A stretch of DNA of 39,685 bases from Flavobacteriales bacterium (GTDB lineage: Bacteria > Bacteroidota > Bacteroidia > UBA10329), in NCBI GenBank assembly GCA_041302955.1, contig JBFYQB010000072.1, positions 1 to 39,685 of the forward strand. Reading direction: 5' to 3'. Under the pieces are notes generated by a model, which ran no database searches, was not told where the DNA came from, and saw nothing but the letters and a program-made list of their open reading frames with translations. Positions 29,601 through 34,970 of this stretch are shown one piece after another (the first letter of the stretch is position 1; each line of letters begins with the position of its first letter). The translations under genes were made by a program, and so were the position numbers.

Positions 29601-30141
29601 TCACGGTCATGCTATATGTTCCGGAATTGAGTCCATTTACCGATGTGCCAGTATTGGGAAATGGGAGCCATGAGTACGTGTACGGTGCCACGCCACCCGT
29701 TACCACTACAGAAGCCTGCCCGTCATTGCTATCGGGGCAGGTTTCATCAATGGTGGAAAGTTGAATATCGAATGGAGCGGGGTCATTGATGGTGACAAAA
29801 TCCAAAACACCGGGGCAGCTACCACCAACGCCATTTTGACCAACAACGATTATTTGATAATCTGAAATGCCAGCACCCAAACCTGTGAATTGGTATGTTG
29901 TGCTTGCTTGAGGCCCAGAAGATTGAAAGAAAGGGCCGTTAAAAATCTGAAATGTGTAGGTCGGAAAACCACCCGAAATAGTTATACTTATGGTTCCATC
30001 ATTGGCGCCACTGCATGTGACGTCAGTAGCTACAATGGATTGAATAACGACAGGACATTGAGCTTTGGAGTTTTGATAGCTGAAAAAGCTGAAAGCAGCT
30101 ATCAGAAACAGCAGTGGGGTAATGCGTAGAGTTCGCGTCAT
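20695..30141 (-). CDS. Giant (3148 aa) SprB-repeat cell-surface protein with an embedded P-domain-like module and a T9SS type-B (gliding-motility-associated) C-terminal sorting domain
   Basis: Signal peptide MTRTLRITPLLFLIAAFSFFSYQNSKAQ. There are 35 repeats of the form C..(DG)...V.GG.(A/P)PY.Y.W....(L)(C)AG.Y.V.V.D.NGC. The C-terminus is FPDGISPNGDGINDTWII...VEIYNRWGQMLWQS...WDGRYDGNELPVGTYYYVI (TIGR04131-like). Confidence 0.9.
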   Translation of the reverse strand: MTRTLRITPLLFLIAAFSFFSYQNSKAQCPVVIQSIVATDVTCSGANDGTISITISGGFPTYTFQIFNGPFFQSSGPQASTTYQFTGLGAGISDYQIIVVGQNGVGGSCPGVLDFVTINDPAPFDIQLSTIDETCPDSNDGQASVVVTGGVAPYTYSWLPFPNTGTSVNGLNSGTYSMTVTDDNGCSQSQPYTINQEPDWSVTLTPTDVSCNGGTDGAISSSGTFGGTPPYTFLWSPDGQITEDIAGLDAGSYTLTVTDDIGCTFTPPAVTVSQPSPITITETHTNVSCDGLANGAINISVSGGTAPYSYSWSNGAVTQDLNGLSAGFYVVTVTDDNGCTASLPVTIIDGSTLLVSYISSSAACGASDGGINLTVLGGSGNYGYTWLPSGQSTQNLSGLAAGIYDVTVVDNVLGCSEQVTVIVNNFPGHTVDGVVTDGTNCVSNNGSIDVSVTDGSGDFTYSWSNGPATEDISGLADGTYVVTVTDNITGCVAFGSFPVQAGNELVVTSAPTSPSCGLINGAINVSVTGGSAPYSFVWSNGAITEDISGLGAGLYTVTVTDLNGCSFDTTLNLNNQGSPSVSGTAVNPTCTGTSNGSISLVVSGGVGPFTYTWSNGASTQNLSNLSGGTYNVIITDQGTGCQVTQSFTLTTPPNLGGQLNITPVGCFGATNGSIDVTLFGGTAPYSVVWNPGNINSEDLINVAAGTYIGVATDASGCSITGQFTINQSPQIVLTETHVNVSCSGANDGSINLSVSGGVAPYTYSWLPGGEVTQDLSNLGPGLYTVTVTDNQGCSNNLSITITQPNTFLLNPTSTNATCNGSCNGTAGVNVTGGTAPYTYTWTPNIGTGASISNLCGGSYQVLVTDANGCSDIAQFTINDNQIQVSMASTNVSCNGDCDGTATATVTGSNAPFTYLWQPSGSTGLGLSSLCAGTYTFTATDNIGCSVQQTVSITEPSPIIITLDVTDVSCNGASDGSIDMTVTGGTAPYIYQWFPGGQTTEDINNLPVGDYSVVVTDANGCTSSQITLGGSFAGGTLALPDGNGVSYNTSIAITGFPSNSTITSATDLQDICINMEHSYLGDLEMSLTCPNGQTVVLKQYPGGAGTYLGAANDAGANGTPGTGAEYCFSATASFGTILQENTNGNWVTAGNAPSNSMTPGTYTPFQSFNGFIGCPLNGNWTVTVTDNLSIDDGFIFDWSLNFGGSGSNDSLATVNEPVPIQISSSVTDASCGVCDGSVTVTPSNGQAPYSYLWNTGATNSTLNNICAGIYQVEVTDANGCTNTFFVPVDNTTGPTSGNPVITNTSCFGICDGSATLNPVGGSTPYTYQWVPGGQNTNSASGLCAGTYFVQIQDADGCIYTEPVTIGSPAQIQIGQTVTNSSCGLCDGVIALTPISGVAPFTYDWSPAVVGNVSNASGLCAGVYNITVTDATGCEEPVTVLLNDFPSATLFVVGTDPLCDAACNGSATVTTTGGTAPFSFVWDDAGTQTTATASGLCEGLYTVTVTGADGCISVGQTTIEAPDQIGLSLLIIDNGTCAGNCDGAITVIPSGGTIPFTYQWNDPATQITATAGNLCAGTYSVVVTDANGCTDVVNGTVNNPVGLTASVVGTDVTCNGICDGTASVTVQGGTAPFNYLWDDPAAQTTAIATGLCAGTYSATVTDANNCDFVVSITINEPAPINIAFSNIINLQCDGVCVGEATANVTGGVGPYSITWSDPASQTTQTATGLCASSYIVSVVDANGCVQTASVSITGPNGLTSVITSQVNASCNAACDGTATVTASGGTAPYTYQWNDPANQTGTVANGLCPGATSVTVTDANGCISISTVIIAQPAVLSASTTANDPDCFGICDGTSTAFTTGGTFPYSYQWNDPNGQSTITASNLCPGPYDVIVTDANGCIANASVNIFQPTEITANSTVTNATCGQCNGQASVAPTGGVQPYTYLWGDGQTTSTVTGLCPGVYNVDVIDQFGCIQNFIIPVNNDGAPTSATVTTTDASCFGVCDGSASVNNIVGGTAPYTYLWVPGGQTSSSISGVCAGVYNLQIIDSLGCIFTQAVTISEPAQIIPSYSSIPATCGSANGGITLTPSGGDGGPYTYSWNPNVSSTNSATGLASGTYAVTITDGSGCNASVVVPVNNVNGPLLSTISTDVSCNGTCDGTATVTATGGTAPYSFNWNDPATQTTSNATGLCAGSYSVTVTDANGCITVGQVTISEPTVISVSLPLITDASCFGACDGEVTIIASGGTLPYTVSWSPSGGNLPTATGLCAGVYTATISDANGCSVTSAITIDEPNAIVINTSSLDASCFGVCDGEAYASASGGTGTFSFTWNDPLLTANDTVVALCAGVYTVVVTDIAGCEDSTQVTIAEPSDIIVTTSAQGVSCNGDCDGEVYVSATGGTAPYDYQWTDPALTQNDTVTALCPGIYNVIVTDANGCTNASAAIVTEPLPLVSIGQGINISCGGLCDGVATVLTQGGTAPYSFLWDDPNGQTSASAINLCAGTYTVTITDANGCATTASVTITEPPVLVATVTTINASCGGVCDGEATVNISGGTAPYTVIWSNFGVGNTITGLCAGQYSVIVIDASLCSDTVDFQLTEPPILNANITSTVQVLCSGSCTGQATVQGVGGTPPFTYQWSNGQTGTTATGLCVGDHTVIITDDIGCTATATVSINDNGALAAGVPVFTSVTCNGDCDGTATVFTTGGVGPFSYSWSDSFNQSSQTATGLCAGNYVVTVVDSQSPACTTQATVIITQPALLLTATTAVDEACGGACDGTATTTPVGGTAPYSYLWNDPSNQTGSQATGLCVGTYTVTITDANGCVTQNSVTVSGPPALVSNATTSASTCSNVANGSINLTVAGGVGAYSFEWSPSSANTEDLNNVLFGAYTVTITDATGCELVAIYSIGTLVNIDADAGTDINLCVGDSIPLNGAGGGSYQWSPSETLSNPNSANPIANPIVTTTYILTVDIGGCVDADSVTVTMYNIPTVDAGNDVTIPTGGTIGLNANGVVTGWTYTWAPIETLNDPNVTNPQATPIESTTYYVTVTDENGCTNVDSVIVEVVPGIRFPDGISPNGDGINDTWIIDNIELFEDAIVEIYNRWGQMLWQSAPGYPIPWDGRYDGNELPVGTYYYVIRSDNFEQPFTGPITIVR
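21440..30057 (-). repeat. Protein-level array of 35 SprB-type repeats (~75-80 aa each), interrupted at 26539-27060
   Basis: Counted by eye from GG-x-x-P-(Y/F)-x-(Y/F)-x-W signatures: 13 repeats N-terminal and 22 C-terminal to the interrupting module. The repeats have diverged at the DNA level. Confidence 0.85.
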
Positions 30142-30382
30142 GGCGATGGGTTGAGTTCAGTTCCTATGCTCAAAAAAGGTGCTTTGAAGCAGCCGATTTC
30201 AGGCGGTTAATGTACAATTTTTGATTATCAGGAATTTAGCCATTAAAAGGCCCGCAATGCAATTATTGCGATAAGTCTAAAATACAATTCCTACCATCAA
30301 TTATGATAGTTGGCACAAGTAGTCTCGACACGTTGAATGTCTCCTATGTTTCTCGTTATCAACATGTTGAATAAATATGACC

Positions 30383-31198
30383 TCAAAAGACAAACTTGAT
30401 ACGGGAAAGGTCCTCTCTAGTTTCAAAATGGAGTATGTAAACGCCAATAGACAAGTTGTCATGTACGATATGAAAATGATTTGGGCCTTCAAGAACGTTG
30501 ACCGTGCCTTCAATCAAGAGACTACCGAAGGCGCTGAGCAGTTTGAATTTGGCTACGGAGGCATTTGAAGAGACATACTCAACATGAATTTCATTCGAAA
30601 CGCGGTCTACCTGCAATACGAGGCCATTGACTTCACTGTTCTCACCAATGCCATTTGGTTCCTCTATACGAAGAGAATAGGTCTTGTCGTAGAGCGTGTG
30701 CAAGCCTTGAGAGAGTTCAAATTCGGTTGGAATTCCAGGTATTGGAGTCCCAGATAGCGCAAGAATTTGTGCCATATCCAAAATCCCCCGAGTGTACGAT
30801 GCTATTTCTACTTGAAAATCTCCAGATTCTGAAGGGGCATCGCCAAACACGATTGATCCAGTGGAATTGCTATTGAATCTACAGGTTGATGGAGTACAAA
30901 CTTTTGTCATCCCCAATGGCAAGCCAGAAACCGAAAACTCTATGCTGGTTATTGTCAATGGAAGCATCATTCCATTTATCTCAGTGATGAAGAGTGCCAA
31001 AGGTGGAAATTGTTGAATCAACATTGCTGACACATCAGCACCACTTACAGTTGTATTTGAGGGAATTGTTGCCAAAACGTAGTTGGAATACTCTTGTCCG
31101 AGTTCGCCATCTGGCAAAGCAGGTACATCAGGGTTGAAAATCTGTGATCTTAATAGTAAAGGGCAAAATATCAGAAGGAGCAGACAGACTTTAGACAT
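30383..31198 (-). CDS. Secreted protein with an Ig-like (He_PIG-like) segment and a T9SS type-A C-terminal domain
   Basis: Signal peptide MSKVCLLLLIFCPLLLRSQ. FSVSGLPLGMT...GSIVFGDAPSESGDFQVEI resembles putative-Ig repeats. The C-terminus FKLLSAFGSLLIEGTVNVLEGPNHFHIVHDNLSIGVYILHFETREDLSRIKFVF is a sorting tail. Confidence 0.7.
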   Translation of the reverse strand: MSKVCLLLLIFCPLLLRSQIFNPDVPALPDGELGQEYSNYVLATIPSNTTVSGADVSAMLIQQFPPLALFITEINGMMLPLTITSIEFSVSGLPLGMTKVCTPSTCRFNSNSTGSIVFGDAPSESGDFQVEIASYTRGILDMAQILALSGTPIPGIPTEFELSQGLHTLYDKTYSLRIEEPNGIGENSEVNGLVLQVDRVSNEIHVEYVSSNASVAKFKLLSAFGSLLIEGTVNVLEGPNHFHIVHDNLSIGVYILHFETREDLSRIKFVF

Positions 31199-31328
31199 GG
31201 TATTTTCTCAGTGCATGATTTAGTCAACGAAGGTAGAGAATCCGAGATTCGGTGAATGATGAAAATCATTATTTCCACCCTATTGAGAGAGCACTTTTGG
31301 ACAGGTATTTTGACCATTTTCGGCCCCT

Positions 31329-33125
31329 ATGAAGAAGCTGCATTCCATTTTTGAAGGATTTTTCTCTATTGATACTCGTACGCTTGCCTTTGTACGAGTT
31401 CTCACAGGACTTGTAATCATCATGGATCTCATTTCGAGATCGATGGACCTGACTTCCATGTACACTGATCAAGGTGTACTTCCACGTACTATGCTTCTCA
31501 GTGCTGCGAATAACTGGACCTTTTCTGTACATGCAATTGGAGGATCATACATGTTTGTGACATTCATGTTTCTGCTTGCTGGGGTGTTTGCGCTCATGCT
31601 CAGTTTGGGGTATCGCACAAGATTGATGACCATTCTCTCTTGGCTTATGGTGATGTCCATTCAAAATCGCAATCCATTGGTATGTTATGGTGGTGATTCT
31701 GTGCTCAGGATGTTGCTTTTCTGGGGCATGTTCGTGCCTTGGGGGGCTAAATATTCCATTGATAGCCTGCGTTATGGATTCAATAGTCTGTCTGACCATC
31801 TTCCGAAGAAGATATTTACCATGGGCACAATCGGGATGACACTTCAGGTGCTTTACATCTATCTGTTCACAGCCCTTTTCAAGAATGGACCTGAATGGCA
31901 TGCAGATGGTACGGCCGTATATTTTGCCATTGCTATAGACGAGTTAGCTTCCCGGTTCAACTTTATTCTCAGAGAAATCCCTGTAGACTTTCTGAAAGGC
32001 ATGACTTGGACAGTACTTGCTTGGGAATGGATAGGACCTTTTGTTGTTGCATGGCCGCATTGGAAAGTACGCGTTGTAGGACTTATCGGTTTTTTCCTCC
32101 TTCAGTTGAGCTTTTTCACCTTTATGGTCTTAGGGCTATTCCCAGTGTTCAGCACATTGGCCATATTAATATTCGTGCCTTCGGAGGTATGGGACAAGTT
32201 GGAGGGATACTTTATTAAGTCTCGTCAGCGAAACCTAAAAATATACTACGACCCAAGCTGTGGTTTTTGCCAACATGTGGTGATTGCATTGAACCGTTTC
32301 CTTTTGTTCGATTCTGCTCAGTTGATTCCGGCCAACATGGATTCTTCAATTCATGATCAGCTTAGAAAGAACAATTCATGGGTGGTAAAGGATGAAATTG
32401 GACATACCTATTTGAAAGGCCAAGCATTGATCGCTGTTTTCAACCATTCACCACTATTTTGGCCAATAGGTAAGTTACTTGGCCTGCTAAAAAACGTTCT
32501 TGATAAGATATACATTGCTATAGCTAACAATCGGCCTGAATGGCCTGCATTTCAACATTTTCCTAATGGTCTGATCTCGCGCTATTCCACTACTCAGTCA
32601 ATGGCAGTCATGGTTCTAGCACTTTGGTGTTTATTGTACATCACGTTGTTCAACTTTCACAAGTATGACGAGACCGCTTTACCTGTGCCAAAATCTTTGA
32701 TCTGGGTATCTGGCATATTCAAGGTCGATCAGAACTGGGCCATGTTTGCCCCAGCACCATATCGGGCAGATGGTTGGTTTGTGATTCCAGCTGAGCTTGC
32801 CAATGGAGATACCGTTGACATCTTTAAAAATGGAGCTCCTGTAAATTGGAATAGACCAGAACGAGTGGCCGCTACATATAGGAACACACGTTGGAGCAAA
32901 TATTTGAGGACTATTCGGCAGCCCAAATACAAGACCGCACTGAAGCATTATGTGCGTTGGCTATGGCGTGATTGGGACAAGAATCATCCATCAGATCAGC
33001 GACTTCAGAAATTCCAAATGTTCTTTGTGATGGAGACCAACTTGGCGGACTGGGAGACTGCGCCACCAAACAAAATCGCGCTATGGTCGCAGGATTGTAG
33101 AAAAAATTCGGAGTTGATAAGGTGA
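31329..33125 (+). CDS. Fusion protein: HTTM (vitamin-K gamma-carboxylase/SdpB-like) membrane domain + DCC (DUF393) CxxC thiol-disulfide oxidoreductase + C-terminal TM/soluble domain (possibly SdpA/DUF5819-like)
   Basis: aa 1-~297: FSIDTRTLAFVRVLTGLVIIMDL, YRTRLMTILSWLMVMSIQNRNP and GGDSVLRMLLFWGMFVPWG (HTTM pattern). aa ~303-405: KIYYDPSCGFCQHVV (DCC signature, Cys codons at 32259-32270). aa ~410-598: one TM helix, then DQNWAMFAPAPYRADGWFVIP. Confidence 0.85.
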   Translation: MKKLHSIFEGFFSIDTRTLAFVRVLTGLVIIMDLISRSMDLTSMYTDQGVLPRTMLLSAANNWTFSVHAIGGSYMFVTFMFLLAGVFALMLSLGYRTRLMTILSWLMVMSIQNRNPLVCYGGDSVLRMLLFWGMFVPWGAKYSIDSLRYGFNSLSDHLPKKIFTMGTIGMTLQVLYIYLFTALFKNGPEWHADGTAVYFAIAIDELASRFNFILREIPVDFLKGMTWTVLAWEWIGPFVVAWPHWKVRVVGLIGFFLLQLSFFTFMVLGLFPVFSTLAILIFVPSEVWDKLEGYFIKSRQRNLKIYYDPSCGFCQHVVIALNRFLLFDSAQLIPANMDSSIHDQLRKNNSWVVKDEIGHTYLKGQALIAVFNHSPLFWPIGKLLGLLKNVLDKIYIAIANNRPEWPAFQHFPNGLISRYSTTQSMAVMVLALWCLLYITLFNFHKYDETALPVPKSLIWVSGIFKVDQNWAMFAPAPYRADGWFVIPAELANGDTVDIFKNGAPVNWNRPERVAATYRNTRWSKYLRTIRQPKYKTALKHYVRWLWRDWDKNHPSDQRLQKFQMFFVMETNLADWETAPPNKIALWSQDCRKNSELIR

Positions 33126-33179
33126 AAAGGAAATTCGTATAAATTCGTGGCCTCCTTCAAACCTATTCAATAAACTGAC

Positions 33180-34046
33180 ATGAAAAAAAATTACTTGGTT
33201 GGCGGCATCACCGCAATTGCATTCTTTTCTGTAGTAGGCTATGACTATTACACTGGCAACGTTTCTCTTTTTGCGAAGAAAGCCGTTGAAAATGGCCCAT
33301 CTGGAATTGCTGACGTTTCTGGAGATCAGGATGTGAACCGTGGAGGTGTGGCTCCCTTGGGCGGTATTGCTGACCTTGGTGCAAACAGCGACCTTCTTGC
33401 AAATTCGGACGTTATTGGCGGATTGGCGGACATCTCTGCTACTGCCGACATTTCTGCTACTGCTGACATTTCTGCTGTGGCTGACATTTCTGCTACTGCT
33501 GATATTTCTGCTGTTGCCGACATCTCAGCTACCGCTGATATTTCTGCTACTGCTGATATTTCTGCTACCTCTGACCTTCTTGCCAACTCTGACCTTCTTG
33601 GTGGTCTAGCTGATCTTGGTGCAAATAGCGACCTTCTTGCCAATTCTGACCTTCTTGGTGGATTGGCTGATATTTCTGCTACTGCTGACATCTCTGCTAC
33701 TGCCGATATTTCTGCAACGGCCGATATCTCTGCTACTGCTGATGTATCAAGCAACGGTACGGGTATTGAGGAAGATTTCGCTGCTGGTAAGGTAGCCGTA
33801 TATAACTTCCCAAACCCTGCGACCGAAATCACGAACTTCCGTTTTCAGTTGAACGAAGGTTCTTTGGTACGTATCGTTCTATATGGTGCGAATGGTCAGA
33901 TGGTGGCAATGCCGCTTAACAAACAATACGGCCCAGGTGAATACGTTCATTCTTTCGATGTGAGCAGTCTTACTCCAGGTACATATGTATACTCTTACCA
34001 GTTGGGCAATCGCATGCCAGTTATGCGTAAGCTGATCATTAAATAA
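33180..34046 (+). CDS. T9SS-targeted hexapeptide-repeat protein (ADISAT / SDLLAN / GGLAD units)
   Basis: 288 aa. N-terminal hydrophobic signal or anchor (MKKNYLVGGITAIAFFSVVG), ~21 consecutive 6-7 aa units each ending in Asp, and a C-terminal type-A sorting tail (VAVYNFPNPATEITNFRFQL...GTYVYSYQLGNRMPVMRKLIIK). It starts 54 nt after the HTTM-fusion stop with no terminator between. Confidence 0.8.
   Translation: MKKNYLVGGITAIAFFSVVGYDYYTGNVSLFAKKAVENGPSGIADVSGDQDVNRGGVAPLGGIADLGANSDLLANSDVIGGLADISATADISATADISAVADISATADISAVADISATADISATADISATSDLLANSDLLGGLADLGANSDLLANSDLLGGLADISATADISATADISATADISATADVSSNGTGIEEDFAAGKVAVYNFPNPATEITNFRFQLNEGSLVRIVLYGANGQMVAMPLNKQYGPGEYVHSFDVSSLTPGTYVYSYQLGNRMPVMRKLIIK
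33357..33743 (+). repeat. In-frame 18-bp tandem repeat array with higher-order duplication
   Basis: 8 units of att/atc-tct-gct-act-gct-gac at 33432-33575 and 4 units at 33672-33743. Each block is preceded by a ~60-nt duplicated module (33372-33431 and 33612-33671) encoding LGANSDLLANSD(V/L)(I/L)GGLAD. Confidence 0.95.
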
Positions 34047-34070
34047 GAGGTATATTCATTCTTGATATGG

Positions 34071-34104
34071 GAGGCTGACCTTTTAAGGTCAGCCTCTTTT
34101 TTTT
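34071..34104 (+). terminator. Rho-independent terminator of the HTTM-fusion/repeat-protein operon
   Basis: gaggctgacc (34071-34080), loop ttttaa, ggtcagcctc (34087-34096), then T8. It lies 25 nt after the stop at 34046. Confidence 0.8.
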
Positions 34105-34340
34105 GCTCGAGTGATTTTGGATTTTTTGAGTGATTGACTCTTGCCATGGGCTGTAGCCGCCCTGTCAGGCCTTATATAGCATTTACTCCTTATTGAGTCA
34201 AGATCAGTGAATTTGTTGGTAAGCATATCCAACATGACGGTAAAAGCACGATGCACGGGTGAATTTATGCTAAACACCGAGGCCAATAGGGAGCAGGTCT
34301 TAGTATGTATTCTAAGAGAGTAGTGAGGATTTTGACACAA

Positions 34341-34378
34341 AAAGAAAGGGCGGACATATGTCCGCCCTTTCTTTTTTT
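34341..34378. terminator. Bidirectional hairpin terminator
   Basis: aaagaaagggcggaca-tatg-tccgccctttcttttttt. A perfect long palindrome flanked by an A-rich and a T-rich run, 15 nt downstream of the minus-strand 50-aa ORF. Confidence 0.7.
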
Positions 34379-34392
34379 AATTGATTCCTTTC

Positions 34393-34545
34393 TCAGTAAA
34401 GTTCTACTACCTGAGCTTTTGGGAACTTCTCCATCCAGTTTGTCAAAGCCTCTTTGGTCTTGACATATATGGTGGTACGAGCATCGAGAATGAGTTTGAA
34501 CTTCGGTCCAAGCTCCATCTTTTTGTTTTCTTGTTGTTCTTCCAT
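34393..34545 (-). CDS. Candidate small protein (50 aa), not in the ORF track
   Basis: My own translation: MEEQQENKKMELGPKFKLILDARTTIYVKTKEALTNWMEKFPKAQVVELY. The composition is balanced and the stop lies 15 nt before the hairpin at 34341-34378. It competes with overlapping 62-aa and 138-aa ORFs of poorer composition. Confidence 0.35.
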   Translation of the reverse strand: MEEQQENKKMELGPKFKLILDARTTIYVKTKEALTNWMEKFPKAQVVELY

Positions 34546-34970
34546 GACGTTGTTCTATTTAATGATTCAACACATGAACGGAAAAATCGTTCCAATATTG
34601 TGCGGAATCTCTTAATAGATGTTAACGCCAACGAAATTCACACACCAATTGGCATTCTGAAACGCTCTAAAAGTAGAAGCTCCTTAAGAGACATGCGCTT
34701 CAATAGGTTCATTTCCATGACAAACCTACGTTCTGATGCTGTTAGAACTAGGGCCTTAGTTGGTGTTGATGTTTCCATTGAAAAGGGAATGAGTTAAATA
34801 CAGGTGATTTAACCTATAAGCAGGAAATTCTGTTTCGAAAAATCGACCAACAACACAACGATAAGCCATGATCTTGAAGAAATTCCAGGTCGTTTTGCAC
34901 CTAAGCTGACCAAAAGGCATGAGCATGGACGGAAGTCGGCCGTTCTGACATGTTAACATGCCAATGCTTA

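Noticed and set aside
21055-30129. Many 60-150 aa plus-strand ORFs in the track (for example 22729-23172, 24910-25242, 26728-27030)
   Set aside because: All lie antisense inside the 9.4-kb SprB-repeat gene. They have low-complexity, Cys/Arg-rich translations and no start context, so they are shadow ORFs of a repetitive gene.
30254-30372. Small palindromes (cgcaat...attgcg at ~30254-30271, tcaacatgttga at ~30359-30370) downstream of the 30383-31198 gene
   Set aside because: The stems are short and AT-rich, lack proper loops and U-tracts, and are not convincing terminators.
33357-33743. Whether the short tandem repeats could be a CRISPR array, RTX repeats, or Bacteroidota O-glycosylation sites
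   Set aside because: The units are contiguous with no spacers and are in frame, so this is not CRISPR. GGLADLGAN does not fit GGxGxDxUx (Gly and Asp are out of register), so these are not RTX repeats. The O-glycosylation motif D-(S/T)-(A/I/L/V/M/T) is absent, because Asp is followed by I, L or V.
33326-33832. 168-aa minus-strand ORF (AEISAVAEMSA... repeats), and the 89-aa plus-strand ORF at 33340-33609
   Set aside because: These are alternative-frame or antisense readings of the 18-bp tandem array. The chosen frame is the only one with a signal sequence and a T9SS tail.
34089-34340. 83-aa minus-strand ORF between the two terminators
   Set aside because: Its 3' end runs through the 34071-34104 terminator hairpin, its composition is odd (Ser/Lys/Arg-rich with several Cys), and there is no promoter box.
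34381-34797. 138-aa plus-strand ORF and the 62-aa minus-strand ORF at 34443-34631
   Set aside because: The 138-aa ORF starts immediately after the terminator hairpin's T-run (34371-34378) at a non-ATG codon and is Phe/Leu-rich AT-frame noise. The 62-aa ORF is Arg/Ser/Lys-rich. The overlapping 50-aa frame looks more protein-like, though none is proven.
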